A stretch of 64,000 nt of DNA from NCBI GenBank assembly GCA_018830525.1, contig JAHJSH010000029.1, forward strand, positions 105,697-169,696, written 5' to 3'. Positions within the stretch are counted from its first letter, which is position 1; every line of letters begins with the position of its first letter. The notes beneath the pieces are model-generated. The model had not been told where the DNA came from. It saw nothing but the letters and a program-made list of their open reading frames with translations, and made no database searches. Made by a program: the position numbers and the translations under genes. Origin of the DNA: Nanobdellota archaeon (lineage in GTDB: Archaea; Nanobdellota; Nanobdellia; Pacearchaeales; GW2011-AR1). Of the stretch, positions 48,801 to 57,855 are shown one piece after another.

Positions 48801-50740
48801 AGATTAAGACTGCTCTTGGGAAGAAGATTAAAGTTACTAAAAATCATAAATTTTTTATTGATGGAAAAAAGAAAAGGGCTTCTAATTTGAAAGTTGGAGA
48901 TAAATTACCTCTTCCTAAAAAGATTGATATTAAATCTAGAAATTTAGGGGAGATTAATTTATTAGAAAAATTTAAAGGAGAGAATTTAATGATTAGGGGA
49001 ATTAAGATTATTTTAGAAGATTTAGGGATTGGAGAGCGAGATAGAATTTTGAAAAGATTAAATATTTCTAAAAAACAATTTCAAAATTTCAAAATTAGGG
49101 ATAGTTATCCTATTAATTTTGTATTAAAATTGAATAAAAATTTGAGAGAAAAAATCTATAAGGTTGGAAAAATAGCGACTAAAAGAGATAATGTTGAAGT
49201 GCCAATTGTTATCGAGTTAACTAATGAACTTTTGGAAGTAATTGGATTATATCTTGCTGAGGGTTATTCGAGAAGTGTTAGTGGGGGAAAAGGATTGAAT
49301 CAAGTTTATATTTCTTCAAGTGATTCTGAAATTAGAAAATTTATTAAAAATACTATAAAAGATTCTTTTGGATTATATCCATCTGAAAGAAAAAAAGATA
49401 GGGTTACTTTTTCTTCAAGGAGTTTGTATTTATTTTTTACAAAGATTTTGGAGGCGGGGAGTATTGCTAAAGATAAAAGAATTCCTTATTTATTTTTGAA
49501 TTTAACTTTAGAAAAATTAGCTTGTGTTTTAAGGGGGTATTTTGAAGGAGATGGTTCTGCTGAAAAAGAAAGAAAAAAGATTTGTTGTGATAGTATTAGC
49601 GAAGGATTATTAAGTGATTTGGAATTTTGTTTGAATAGGTTTGGTATTTTTACTAAACGATATGAATATGAGAAAGAGCCCGGACCAAAAGTTAAGGAAT
49701 TTTATATCAAAAAGAAAAGAGTAATCCCTAAATTTAAAATTACTAAATTAATTATTGGTTCTGACTTTATTAATAATTTTATGAAGATTGGTTTTTTATC
49801 TAAAAGAAAAAATGATATTTTAAAAAATTATTTTGCTAAAGGGCATTATGGGATGAGGATCGAACAAGATGAAAATTTTGTTTATGATTCTATTGTTTCT
49901 ATTGAGGAATCCGGGGAAGAAGAAAGTTATTGTTTAAATGTAGATACCGAGAACCATCTTGTCGTTGCGAATAATATTATGAGTTTTAATTGCGATGGTG
50001 ATGAAGCAGCAGTAATGTTGCTTATGGACGTTCTGATTAATTTTTCTAGGAAGTTCTTACCGAGTCATCGTGGTGGGACTCAAGATGCTCCATTAGTTTT
50101 GAACGCTCATATTCGTGCAGGAGAAGTTGACGATCAGATTTTGGGTTTCGAGTTGGGAGACCACTATCCTTTAGAAGTTTATCGGTTAGCGGAGGAGGGA
50201 AAACATTCGAGTGAGTGTAAGATTGAGACTGTTAAGGATAGGTTGGCGAATGATGAAAATCCGTTTACTAAGACCGGGTTTACTCATGATTCTACTGATT
50301 TTAATGAAGGTGTTTTGAATGGGGCTTATAAGATTTTGCCGACGATGAAAGAGAAGGTTGCGGGGCAAATGGAATTGGTTGGGAAGATTCGTGCGGTCGA
50401 TACGGAAGATGTTGCTCGGTTAATTATTGAACGGCATTTTATTCGAGATATTCGAGGTAATCTCCGGAAGTTCGCACAGCAGCAGTTTAGATGTGTGAAA
50501 TGTAATGAGAAATTTAGAAGGACTCCGTTGTCTGGGGTTTGCACAAAATGTGGTGGGAAGATTATTTTTACTATTAGTGAAGGTTCAATTAAAAAATATC
50601 TAGAACCTGCGATGGATTTGGCCGTTAATTATAATATTTCTCCTTATACTAAAGAGGGAATGGAACTGACGAAGATGTATATCGAAAGTATTTTTGGGAA
50701 AGAATTGGATAAACAGGTTGACTTGAAAAAATGGTTCTAG
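45842..50740 (+). CDS. polC: DNA polymerase II (PolD) large subunit DP2, intein-containing
   Basis: The catalytic motif HAAMRRD | intein | CDGDEAAVMLLMDVLINFS reconstitutes the conserved HAAKRRNCDGDED. Zn-finger CxxC clusters are present. Confidence 0.9.
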   Translation: MVAHKKEKYDWDTEKYFTDLKTGVDKEYVVANAARAKGIDPTDHVEIPLAMTMAEKSVGLVTTIYPDIPIKEISDRMLELEEKYGQLDTTVAFDIAREIAEEKYCKFKDQLEAIDCGIRVGFAYITLGVVASPIEGYTGLQLGKTRDGKDYFIANFSGPIRSAGTTATCVVLMLIDYLREHFGYAKYDPDDTEVKRYVTENIDYHERVTNLQYFPTEEEMIFLAKHLPIQISGDPTEKREVSNYKDLPRVSSNFIRGGMCLTFSEGLAQKAAKGVMRLSSPKKHGLICTGFDWLEEYLVLHKKREKGSGDVIATYIKDLVAGRPVYGHPSAPGGFRFRYGRSRAAGFSAVSIHPATMGITNGFLSQGTQLKIEKPTKGCIITSCDHLDGPIVKLFDGSVKKISDFEESKEIYKDVEEIIYLGDILFPLGDVIDRNAMLPKPGYVEEWWELELKEKMEVTGESFEGNAFDISLEEAVGISEKYSLPLHPSHIFYWNQISKEDFIGLMDWVQKGIWRGRLVLPWESSIRGKFKEAKRALEILGVEHQVVLDNVVVAKDAKSFLVNLGLPFMKEGDNLKGEVKKIIEGELGSDVLEIVNKFSKYKIKDKAGTFIGTRMGRPEKAKLRKLTGGPSVLFPISDQGGRLRSVQAAVEVGYIKSDWPIFKCGCGTETIYPVCEKCGEKTKQMYYCRDCRVAKEEKCKQHEDNCYKFSNRKIDSKHYFKVAQELLGYENWEIPPLIKGVRGTSSDSHDFENLAKGILRSKYNLCVNKDGTIRYDGTEIPLTHFKPHEIRTSIEKLRELGYEKDLYGDDLVNENQILELRPHDVVLSSCSVTADEKADDVFLNIANFVDEELEKLYGLPKYYNLKSKEDLVGQLVTCMAPHNCAGVIGRIIGFSELQGLVASPYMHAAMRRDCFDYNTYISIKQGNVWRNIKIGELIEKLNPEKIVDDYRTMEKKVKGFKTIGFNKGLKEVGVNNFTKHKRLQMLEIKTALGKKIKVTKNHKFFIDGKKKRASNLKVGDKLPLPKKIDIKSRNLGEINLLEKFKGENLMIRGIKIILEDLGIGERDRILKRLNISKKQFQNFKIRDSYPINFVLKLNKNLREKIYKVGKIATKRDNVEVPIVIELTNELLEVIGLYLAEGYSRSVSGGKGLNQVYISSSDSEIRKFIKNTIKDSFGLYPSERKKDRVTFSSRSLYLFFTKILEAGSIAKDKRIPYLFLNLTLEKLACVLRGYFEGDGSAEKERKKICCDSISEGLLSDLEFCLNRFGIFTKRYEYEKEPGPKVKEFYIKKKRVIPKFKITKLIIGSDFINNFMKIGFLSKRKNDILKNYFAKGHYGMRIEQDENFVYDSIVSIEESGEEESYCLNVDTENHLVVANNIMSFNCDGDEAAVMLLMDVLINFSRKFLPSHRGGTQDAPLVLNAHIRAGEVDDQILGFELGDHYPLEVYRLAEEGKHSSECKIETVKDRLANDENPFTKTGFTHDSTDFNEGVLNGAYKILPTMKEKVAGQMELVGKIRAVDTEDVARLIIERHFIRDIRGNLRKFAQQQFRCVKCNEKFRRTPLSGVCTKCGGKIIFTISEGSIKKYLEPAMDLAVNYNISPYTKEGMELTKMYIESIFGKELDKQVDLKKWF
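48581..49990 (+). mobile_element. Intein with LAGLIDADG homing endonuclease in PolD DP2 catalytic site
   Basis: 470 aa, starts CFDYNTYISI and ends ...NIMSFN before Cys+1. LAGLIDADG blocks are IGLYLAEGYS and LRGYFEGDGS. Confidence 0.8.
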
Positions 50741-50776
50741 GGGAAGATTAATAATTAGAGTTTTATTCTAATAAGG

Positions 50777-51526
50777 ATGGTTGGTGGGGGAGTTAATAGT
50801 TTCCCTGGTAGGGGGGATTATTCTTCAGGTAGGAATTGGATGAAGATTGCCCGGATTATAGGATTTGTCTTTTTTGGGATTTATTCTGTTCTTTTTTTGA
50901 TGGGGATTTTTGGTGCTTCAATTGATGTTGGAAATTGGATATCTATAGTCTTTATTTTCGTGTCACTTCTTTCTTTTTTAGTGTATTATTATGGTTTTGT
51001 TGTATTGGCTAAGAAAGTCGATTCTCATTTGTTGAAGGTTTCTGCGATTATATTGATGGTGGCGATAAGTATATTTCTTGTGTTAATTATTATCGCAATT
51101 ATCTCGAGTTTTAGTCCTCTGAGTACTCTGGCTCCAACGGGTTCAGGAGGATCTGGTTTGGGCGTTCCTGTAGAGGACAATTCTTCTCCGATATTAGGGT
51201 ATGTCTTCTTAGCGTTTTTTGTATTCTTAATTATAACGAGATATCTTTTTGTGATAAGTTTGATTAGAATAAGGAATTCTGCAAGGTTTGCTATGATTGC
51301 GGGAATTATTGGGTTAATTGTTATGATAATTTCTACCTTGGCAATTCTTTGGATAGTTTATATGTATTTCTTTGATAAAATGGGTCTTGCATTGTTTGTA
51401 ATTTCATTATTATTTGATAGAACAAAACAACTTATTTTTCTGTGGTCTATTTATATTATTTATGCTCTTGGTTTGACTGGACTTTTCTTTGAGTCTTTAA
51501 CCTTACTTAAGGCTTCAAGGAAATAA
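50777..51526 (+). CDS. Polytopic membrane protein, unknown function
   Basis: Strongly hydrophobic, about 7 TM. Confidence 0.4.
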   Translation: MVGGGVNSFPGRGDYSSGRNWMKIARIIGFVFFGIYSVLFLMGIFGASIDVGNWISIVFIFVSLLSFLVYYYGFVVLAKKVDSHLLKVSAIILMVAISIFLVLIIIAIISSFSPLSTLAPTGSGGSGLGVPVEDNSSPILGYVFLAFFVFLIITRYLFVISLIRIRNSARFAMIAGIIGLIVMIISTLAILWIVYMYFFDKMGLALFVISLLFDRTKQLIFLWSIYIIYALGLTGLFFESLTLLKASRK

Positions 51527-51578
51527 GATGAGACTTGATTATGCTTTAATTTAAAAAGGCCCTTTTCTTTTTTATTTT

Positions 51579-52883
51579 ATGTCAGGAATTTTTGGGGTGG
51601 TTTCTAAGGATGATTGTATTCAGGATGCTCTGTCTGGGGTTTTTTATTTACAAAATCGTTCAGAAGATTATTGCGGGCTAGCGTGGAAGACTCCTGATGG
51701 GAAGTTAAAAAATTCTACACATAAAGGATTGGTTAGGGAAAATTTTCCTAGGGAGAAAGTTAATGGGATAAATGGGGGGAGTGCTATTGCTTGTGTTTCT
51801 GGAAGTCGAGAGCCCGTTTCAGAATTGTCTCGGAGGGGGGGGATGATTTTATGTGTTGATGGAAATTTATTCAATTACTCTGAGATAAAAAATAACCTTT
51901 TGGAGGGGGGCGCAAGCTTTTCAGGGTATCATAATCCTGGTGAGATTAGCGACGCTGTTTTAATTTCTAAAATAATTGCAAAAGAGTTTATTTTTGAGAA
52001 AGGCATTAAAAATTTGATTGGACAAATGAAGGGGGATTTTGCTCTGGTTGCGCTTACGCCTGAAGGGATATATGCCGCTCGAGGGTGGGGTAGAAAGCCG
52101 TTGATTTTGGGGAAAAAGGATGGGAGTTATGCGGTATCTTCGGAAAGTGTGTCTTTTATCAACACAGGTTTTGAAATTGTCCGAGATGTCAAGCCGGGGG
52201 AAGTGGTGCTTCTAAACTCTGGAGGAATAAATTTTGTCGCCCAGTTTGATTTACAGAATATTAAATATGGGACTTTTGAGTGGATTTATACTGCGCATCC
52301 TTCTTCGCTTATTGATGGAAAAAGTGTTGAACTTGTTAGAAATAAAATTGGGGCCTTGATGGCAGAAAAATATAAAATTGATGCAGATTTAGTTTCTCCG
52401 ATTCCTAATTCTGGACGGTGTCATGCTACAGGATTTGCTAATGCTTCGGGGATTCCTTATTTTGAAGTCTTTAAAAAATTTGATTATAGTGGAAGAAGTT
52501 TTACTCCGAATACTCTTGAAGCACAAAATGGGGTGGCTGATGAAAAATTAATCCCTGTCAAAGAACTAATCAAAGGCAAAAGGATTATTATAGTGGACGA
52601 TTCAATTGTAAAAGGAAATCAAACTCGAAAACAGACACAGAGATTAAAGGCTCTTGGCGCGAAAGAAGTTCATGCGATTATTGCTTGCCCGCCTTTGGTT
52701 TGTGCTTGTAAATATGGGAAGTCGATTAAAAATGATGAAGATTGTATTGCGAAAAGGATGAGTCTTGAAGAAATTAGAACGACTCGGGGGCTTGATGGTT
52801 TACATTTTGCCGATGTTGAAATTCTTGAGAAGGCAATAGGTTTGCCGAGGGAAAAGTTGTGTTTGGACTGTTGGGGGTTGTAA
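51579..52883 (+). CDS. Amidophosphoribosyltransferase-like protein (class II GATase + PRTase) with Ser in place of catalytic Cys1
   Basis: MSGIFGV start (PurF is MCGIFG) and the PRTase motif RIIIVDDSIVKGNQT. Confidence 0.6.
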   Translation: MSGIFGVVSKDDCIQDALSGVFYLQNRSEDYCGLAWKTPDGKLKNSTHKGLVRENFPREKVNGINGGSAIACVSGSREPVSELSRRGGMILCVDGNLFNYSEIKNNLLEGGASFSGYHNPGEISDAVLISKIIAKEFIFEKGIKNLIGQMKGDFALVALTPEGIYAARGWGRKPLILGKKDGSYAVSSESVSFINTGFEIVRDVKPGEVVLLNSGGINFVAQFDLQNIKYGTFEWIYTAHPSSLIDGKSVELVRNKIGALMAEKYKIDADLVSPIPNSGRCHATGFANASGIPYFEVFKKFDYSGRSFTPNTLEAQNGVADEKLIPVKELIKGKRIIIVDDSIVKGNQTRKQTQRLKALGAKEVHAIIACPPLVCACKYGKSIKNDEDCIAKRMSLEEIRTTRGLDGLHFADVEILEKAIGLPREKLCLDCWGL

Positions 52884-53152
52884 CGTCTGCGATTTTGCAA
52901 AGTTGCAATGAAGTAATTCTAAAAGAGCTAAAGATTGCAATTTGGGAGAACAAAAAGAATATTTTGTGAACTGTAAAATCGCCGTTAAGAGAAGTTTTGG
53001 CGAACCGCGGAGCATTAAATAAATTTTAGAAAACACAGATTAAAGATAATAATTATGTGAGCCAAAATTTGGGCGAAACCTTGGAACAAGATTATATCAT
53101 TACTTCAGTGATTATAGGGTACTACTTGGGATGTTATCGTAAATACAGAATT

Positions 53153-53476
53153 TCACTTTAGTTTCACTGCAGTTCCATAAGCTAAAATCTCGGCCGCGCC
53201 TTGCATTACCATTGCGGTTACGAAACGAACATTAAGAATTGCGTCTGCTCCTTGGTCTTTTGCATCATTAATCATTCTATTAAATGCTTCTTCTCGTGAT
53301 TGTGAAATCATCTGGGTGTAAGATTTGATTTCTCCACCAACGAGATTTTTTAATCCTGCTGCGATATCTCTTCCGATATGCCTTGCTCGGATTGTGCTGC
53401 CTTTAACAATTCCTAAAACTTTTGTAATTGTTTTTCCGGGAAGAGTATCTGTTGTTGTTGTAATTATTTCTGCCAT
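53153..53476 (-). CDS. YbjQ/DUF74-family protein
   Basis: 107 aa; VKGSTIRARHIGRDIAAGLKNLVGGE is typical of the YbjQ family. Confidence 0.65.
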   Translation of the reverse strand: MAEIITTTTDTLPGKTITKVLGIVKGSTIRARHIGRDIAAGLKNLVGGEIKSYTQMISQSREEAFNRMINDAKDQGADAILNVRFVTAMVMQGAAEILAYGTAVKLK

Positions 53477-53477
53477 A

Positions 53478-53666
53478 TTATTTTTTAGTCTTCTTTGTAT
53501 TTATATCCTTTCTTTGTTCTAATTTATCTTCTTCTTTATAGAATAGAATTAATGCTATTCCTATAATTGTTGGGACTAATGCCGGAATCCATTCTCCAGT
53601 TTTCCAATAGATTGCAATTCCAATAATTATTCCGGCGATCCCTACAAAGATAATTTCTCTCCCCAT
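53478..53666 (-). CDS. Small membrane protein
   Basis: 62 aa, 2 TM. Confidence 0.3.
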   Translation of the reverse strand: MGREIIFVGIAGIIIGIAIYWKTGEWIPALVPTIIGIALILFYKEEDKLEQRKDINTKKTKK

Positions 53667-53698
53667 GATTCTCTCAGAGGGTTTTGCTTAATAAATCT

Positions 53699-54886
53699 TT
53701 AGAACGGGAGATAATAAAGGATTGTTGGGATTAGAATCGCTCCCATGAGGAAACTTCTTCGGGTTTGGAATTCTATGCAGGTAAGTCCGAGTGTTGTTGC
53801 GGTAATGAAGACTAAAAATCCTAAAAATCCTGAGAAGAAAATTGTTATTGCAGTCAAAAAAATCAAAATTGTTATTGATATTTTCGCGTAAGGGATTCTG
53901 TGGATATTCTTCGCGAAGAGTTTTGAAATTTGTAAGGTAAGGGGGATTGCGATTATCGATGTGACGGCTATTGTTATTAGGATTGTAAGGAGGTCTGGAA
54001 AACTTAATTGTGTTATTTGGGAGATTGTGGCTGCCGCACCGGTTCTTGATTTTTGGATTAGGAAGAGGGTCACAAACGACATAGACATTACTAAGGTATT
54101 TATTGATCCTAGGAGAATTAGGAATTGTTCTCTGTTTAATTTTCCCATTATCTCAGAGCCTATAACTGCAGCTTGGCTACTTCCAAGTCCTGGGAAGAAT
54201 GAGCAGAAGGGGGAGATAATCGCGGTGGAGATTGTTGGTTTTATCAGTTCTTTTTTTGTTAGTGTTAATTTTTCTATTTTTTGTGGAGGAATTTTTGTTC
54301 TTGTTCTTATTGAATTGATTATCGTTGATGCTCCGAAGAGACCGGTTAATAGGGGGAGAAGGGGCTGTTGAATGTTTAAGTTAAACGAGGCTAACCCAAG
54401 GAAGCCTGCCAAGATAAATATTATTGTTGCCTTTATTCTCGATTCTTTTTCATGAAGGATTAACAGTACTGCAATCCAAATAAGGAAGAGGCCCAACATT
54501 CTTTCTATGAATGGATAAATTTTTGGGATAAATAAAAGGAATGCGGGCACTAGGATAATCAGGGAGAGAATTGCAATTGTAGAACCTATCGTTGTGAGTT
54601 TTACTGCTTGATGTCCGTGGCCTTTTAATAAGAATTCATGCCCGGGGAGAATCCCCAGTCCGGTATCTTCGTCGGGGGCTCCGAGAAATACTGCGGGGAT
54701 GAAATCCACAAAGGTATGTGTAATCGCCATGGCTACAATAAACACTAAAATTATAGTTATGGGAAAGGGTGTCAGAAATATGAAGGTTAAGAGAATCGCT
54801 GCTATGAGGTTGATATGAACTCCAGGGATTAGGCCGGTGATTGTCCCGGCAAGGATTCCTAGAATAAAGGCCAGTATCAATTCCAT
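53699..54886 (-). CDS. TctA-family (DUF112) membrane transporter
   Basis: Polytopic with GxGPG repeats (LGILPGHE, GSINTLVMSMS), like the tripartite tricarboxylate transporter TctA. Confidence 0.55.
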   Translation of the reverse strand: MELILAFILGILAGTITGLIPGVHINLIAAILLTFIFLTPFPITIILVFIVAMAITHTFVDFIPAVFLGAPDEDTGLGILPGHEFLLKGHGHQAVKLTTIGSTIAILSLIILVPAFLLFIPKIYPFIERMLGLFLIWIAVLLILHEKESRIKATIIFILAGFLGLASFNLNIQQPLLPLLTGLFGASTIINSIRTRTKIPPQKIEKLTLTKKELIKPTISTAIISPFCSFFPGLGSSQAAVIGSEIMGKLNREQFLILLGSINTLVMSMSFVTLFLIQKSRTGAAATISQITQLSFPDLLTILITIAVTSIIAIPLTLQISKLFAKNIHRIPYAKISITILIFLTAITIFFSGFLGFLVFITATTLGLTCIEFQTRRSFLMGAILIPTILYYLPF

Positions 54887-54944
54887 TCTATAATATATTT
54901 TAAAGACTCTATATTCTTTTATATTCTTAAAACGACATTTTTAT

Positions 54945-56096
54945 ATGGGTTATAAATCTGATGAGCCGGAGAAGGGTTCTGCGGGATTTGTTCATATTGT
55001 AATTGTTAATTTTATTAGGCTTGTTTTAATTTTGACTCTCCTTTTTGCTTTTTTTAAGGGGAGAAATCTTATCCTTGTAATGGCTTTCCTTGGTCTCGTC
55101 ATGACTTTTATTCCAACTCTCTCTCGGATTTTTTTTCGGAAGGACTTGCCAGCTAGCTTGGAAATTATAACTTTCCTATTTGTTTTTGGCTTACTTTTGT
55201 TTGGAAGTGTTAGGGGGATGTATGCAGGATTTTGGTGGTGGGATGTCCTATTAACTTTTGGTGCGGCAATTGCGTTGGGTTTTATAGGCTTGACTATTTT
55301 TCATATTTTAGATAAATCTGGTTGTGTAAAATCTAGTCCGGCGATTGTTTTGTTCTTTACTTTTTGTTTTGCATTTTCTCTCGGTGCTTTGTGGGAACTT
55401 TTTGAATTTATGATAGATACACTCTTTGGTTTTGGATTACAATTGGGGCTTGTAGATACTATGAAGGATTTGGCAGTCAACTTTCTCGGTGCTTTGATAG
55501 TTTCACTTTCTGGATTTTTGAGATTGCGTTCCGGAAAAAATGATTTTTTCAGTTTATCTCTTTTTAATTTCCTAAATGATAATTTTAATTTTGCTAATCC
55601 TCGAAAGTCTGAGGCCCTTGCCCCAAATTATATTGAAGGAATTGTTATGGAAAAGGAATCGGAGAGGTTAGAGTTTAAGTCTACTCTTCGGAGAAATTTG
55701 CACACGGGAGATTTTGATAAAAATATGGAACATGCGGTTTTGAAAACAATTGTTGCGTATCTTAATTCTCGCGGAGGCTCTTTATTGGTTGGGGTGGGCG
55801 ATGCTGGAGAGGCTATCGGTGTCGAGGAGGACCAATTTCCCTCAAAAGATAAGCTAGAGTTATATTTCGCATCTATGTTGAAGAATCAGTTGGGCAATGG
55901 CGCTTTGCCTTATATTCGTTATGAGGTTTATCCGTACAAGGGAAAATCTGTTTTGAAAATTGATTGCCTTCCCTCAGACAAAAGAATTTTTTTGAAGTGG
56001 GCGGACCAAGAGGAATTTTATATTAGGCATGGGCCTTCTAGTTTAAGACTTTCGGGTGGAGATTTGATTGATTATGTCCAACATCGATTTGGTTAA
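54945..56096 (+). CDS. Membrane-anchored AlbA_2 (Schlafen-like, divergent AAA-4) putative DNA/RNA-binding protein
   Basis: N-terminal about 5 TM helices; the C-terminal ESERLEFKSTL...LVGVGDAGEAIGVEEDQ matches the AlbA_2 domain. Confidence 0.5.
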   Translation: MGYKSDEPEKGSAGFVHIVIVNFIRLVLILTLLFAFFKGRNLILVMAFLGLVMTFIPTLSRIFFRKDLPASLEIITFLFVFGLLLFGSVRGMYAGFWWWDVLLTFGAAIALGFIGLTIFHILDKSGCVKSSPAIVLFFTFCFAFSLGALWELFEFMIDTLFGFGLQLGLVDTMKDLAVNFLGALIVSLSGFLRLRSGKNDFFSLSLFNFLNDNFNFANPRKSEALAPNYIEGIVMEKESERLEFKSTLRRNLHTGDFDKNMEHAVLKTIVAYLNSRGGSLLVGVGDAGEAIGVEEDQFPSKDKLELYFASMLKNQLGNGALPYIRYEVYPYKGKSVLKIDCLPSDKRIFLKWADQEEFYIRHGPSSLRLSGGDLIDYVQHRFG

Positions 56097-56371
56097 ACTT
56101 TCCTTATTTCATCTACGATGAGTTGTTTTTCTCCCCGGTATGTTTCAATCTTTCCTCGAAAAGAAATTTCATCCCCCGGTTTCAAATCAAGAGGGGAGGG
56201 ATTGAAGAGAATTAATGTTTCATCTTGATTTTCTAATTGAATTGTTATTCTATTTTCTGAATATTTTATTGATTCTATTGTGCCGGTTTGGTTATTTGGG
56301 AGTTGGGTTAAAAACATTAATAATAGGATTCCTAGGAGTGAAAGAATAAGGAATATTTTTTCTAGTTTCAT
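56093..56371 (-). CDS. Membrane-anchored small OB-fold-like protein
   Basis: N-terminal TM followed by a beta-rich 60-aa domain. Confidence 0.3.
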   Translation of the reverse strand: MKLEKIFLILSLLGILLLMFLTQLPNNQTGTIESIKYSENRITIQLENQDETLILFNPSPLDLKPGDEISFRGKIETYRGEKQLIVDEIRKV

Positions 56372-56468
56372 TACCTAAGACACTCCCAGTTTCCTGAGGC
56401 ATCAACTTCCCTTGCACCGATAGGTGTACCTTTTTTATTGGGGCAAGATAGTCCACTACGCTTGGTAT

Positions 56469-57419
56469 TCATTTTGTTTGAAATTCTATTACATCCTTAT
56501 CTTTTAGAACATGTTCGAGTCCGATTACTTGTCCGCCGAATTTTGAAGAAGGGCCCCAGACCCTCGCTCGTTTTATTTTCTTTGATATTCCCTTCAATAT
56601 TTTTTCTGCTGCTTCTTCGAATGTCGAGCCTACTTTCATAATCATGGGCTCTTTACTTGGTTCCTTTTTTGGCTCTTTGGTATAGATACGAATTACTGGA
56701 AATGTTCCGAATATTTTTTCCTTTAGTTTTTCGAGTTCTAATCTCTCTGGATTTTTTATATCTATTATTTGGTAATCATATTTTTTAAATTTTGATTTTA
56801 GATTTGCCTCAATTTTTCTTTTGTTACCCTCACTGATTTGTAAATTTGATTGGTTAGGGCATGCTACGTAATCTTCAATCTTATTTATAATGAGAATTAT
56901 TTTTGCTGGCGCTCGATAAATATATTTTTCTGATTCTTTGATTTGTTCCAAACAGTCTATAATGAGAAGGATTGTGTCTGTTGAATTCAGAAGAGATTTA
57001 TCATGATTCGGAAAGGAAGGAGTGTCTATAATTTGTATTTGTGCCTCTTCAAATTTAAATGTCCCTAATTGGGGTTGGAAGGTGGTGAATGGGTGGGGAG
57101 AAACTTTAGCATTAAGTCCGGTTAGGGTGTTAAATAGGGTAGACTTCCCGGAATTTGGAAATCCGGTTAAAACAACTTGCATGTCTGCCTTTTTTATTCC
57201 TGCTTGTCCCCCCTTTCCAGATTTTTTCCTCTTTGCTAGACCTTCTTTTAATTTTTTATAACGATTTGTCAGATTTTTTCGCATATTCTCTGAAGATTTA
57301 TGTTTTGGGACTTCTTTCATCATTATTTCTAAACAGGCTATTCTCTCTTCATCCGTTGTTGCTTCGTGGTATTCTTGCTCGGCTCTTTGATAAAATGGGG
57401 ATTGGTTTGTCGACGCCAT
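56469..57419 (-). CDS. Developmentally regulated GTP-binding protein (DRG/Obg-class GTPase) homolog
   Basis: G1 GFPNSGKSTLFNTLTG, a DRG-like N-terminal helix-rich region and a C-terminal TGS-like end. Confidence 0.7.
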   Translation of the reverse strand: MASTNQSPFYQRAEQEYHEATTDEERIACLEIMMKEVPKHKSSENMRKNLTNRYKKLKEGLAKRKKSGKGGQAGIKKADMQVVLTGFPNSGKSTLFNTLTGLNAKVSPHPFTTFQPQLGTFKFEEAQIQIIDTPSFPNHDKSLLNSTDTILLIIDCLEQIKESEKYIYRAPAKIILIINKIEDYVACPNQSNLQISEGNKRKIEANLKSKFKKYDYQIIDIKNPERLELEKLKEKIFGTFPVIRIYTKEPKKEPSKEPMIMKVGSTFEEAAEKILKGISKKIKRARVWGPSSKFGGQVIGLEHVLKDKDVIEFQTK

Positions 57420-57443
57420 AAGATTATTAAAGTAGGATAGTAT

Positions 57444-57803
57444 ATGAATTTTATGGAAAAAGGGTTTGTATTGTCGTTAGTGTTTCTTTTGTTAATTGGG
57501 TTTGTTAGTGGTGAGGGTGCTTGGGGGGAATATGCGGATGGAGGTAGCGCGGAAGATGCAGCTGTTCTTGTAAATACCTCTGCAGGAGATACTGGTTCAA
57601 CGGATTCGGGAGATGCTGACCCCGAAGCTAATATAGATTCAGATACTTCCACAGGAGGGGCAACCTCTAATTCTGAAAAATCTACAGTATATACTCAGAA
57701 TTTTTGGCTCGCGTTGGGGGCAGGGGTAGTTGCGTTGCTTTTATTTTTAATTCTCTTATTCTTCCTTTTGAGGCGGCCGACAAATCGGTGGAAGAAGAAA
57801 TAA
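57444..57803 (+). CDS. Small secreted acidic protein with C-terminal TM anchor
   Basis: Signal peptide, an S/T/D-rich region and a C-terminal TM followed by RRPTNRWKKK. Confidence 0.4.
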   Translation: MNFMEKGFVLSLVFLLLIGFVSGEGAWGEYADGGSAEDAAVLVNTSAGDTGSTDSGDADPEANIDSDTSTGGATSNSEKSTVYTQNFWLALGAGVVALLLFLILLFFLLRRPTNRWKKK

Positions 57804-57855
57804 TTCTCAGCTTAGGGTACTCTAAATTGTAGGGTCTTAGGGCAAGGCTCTTAAA

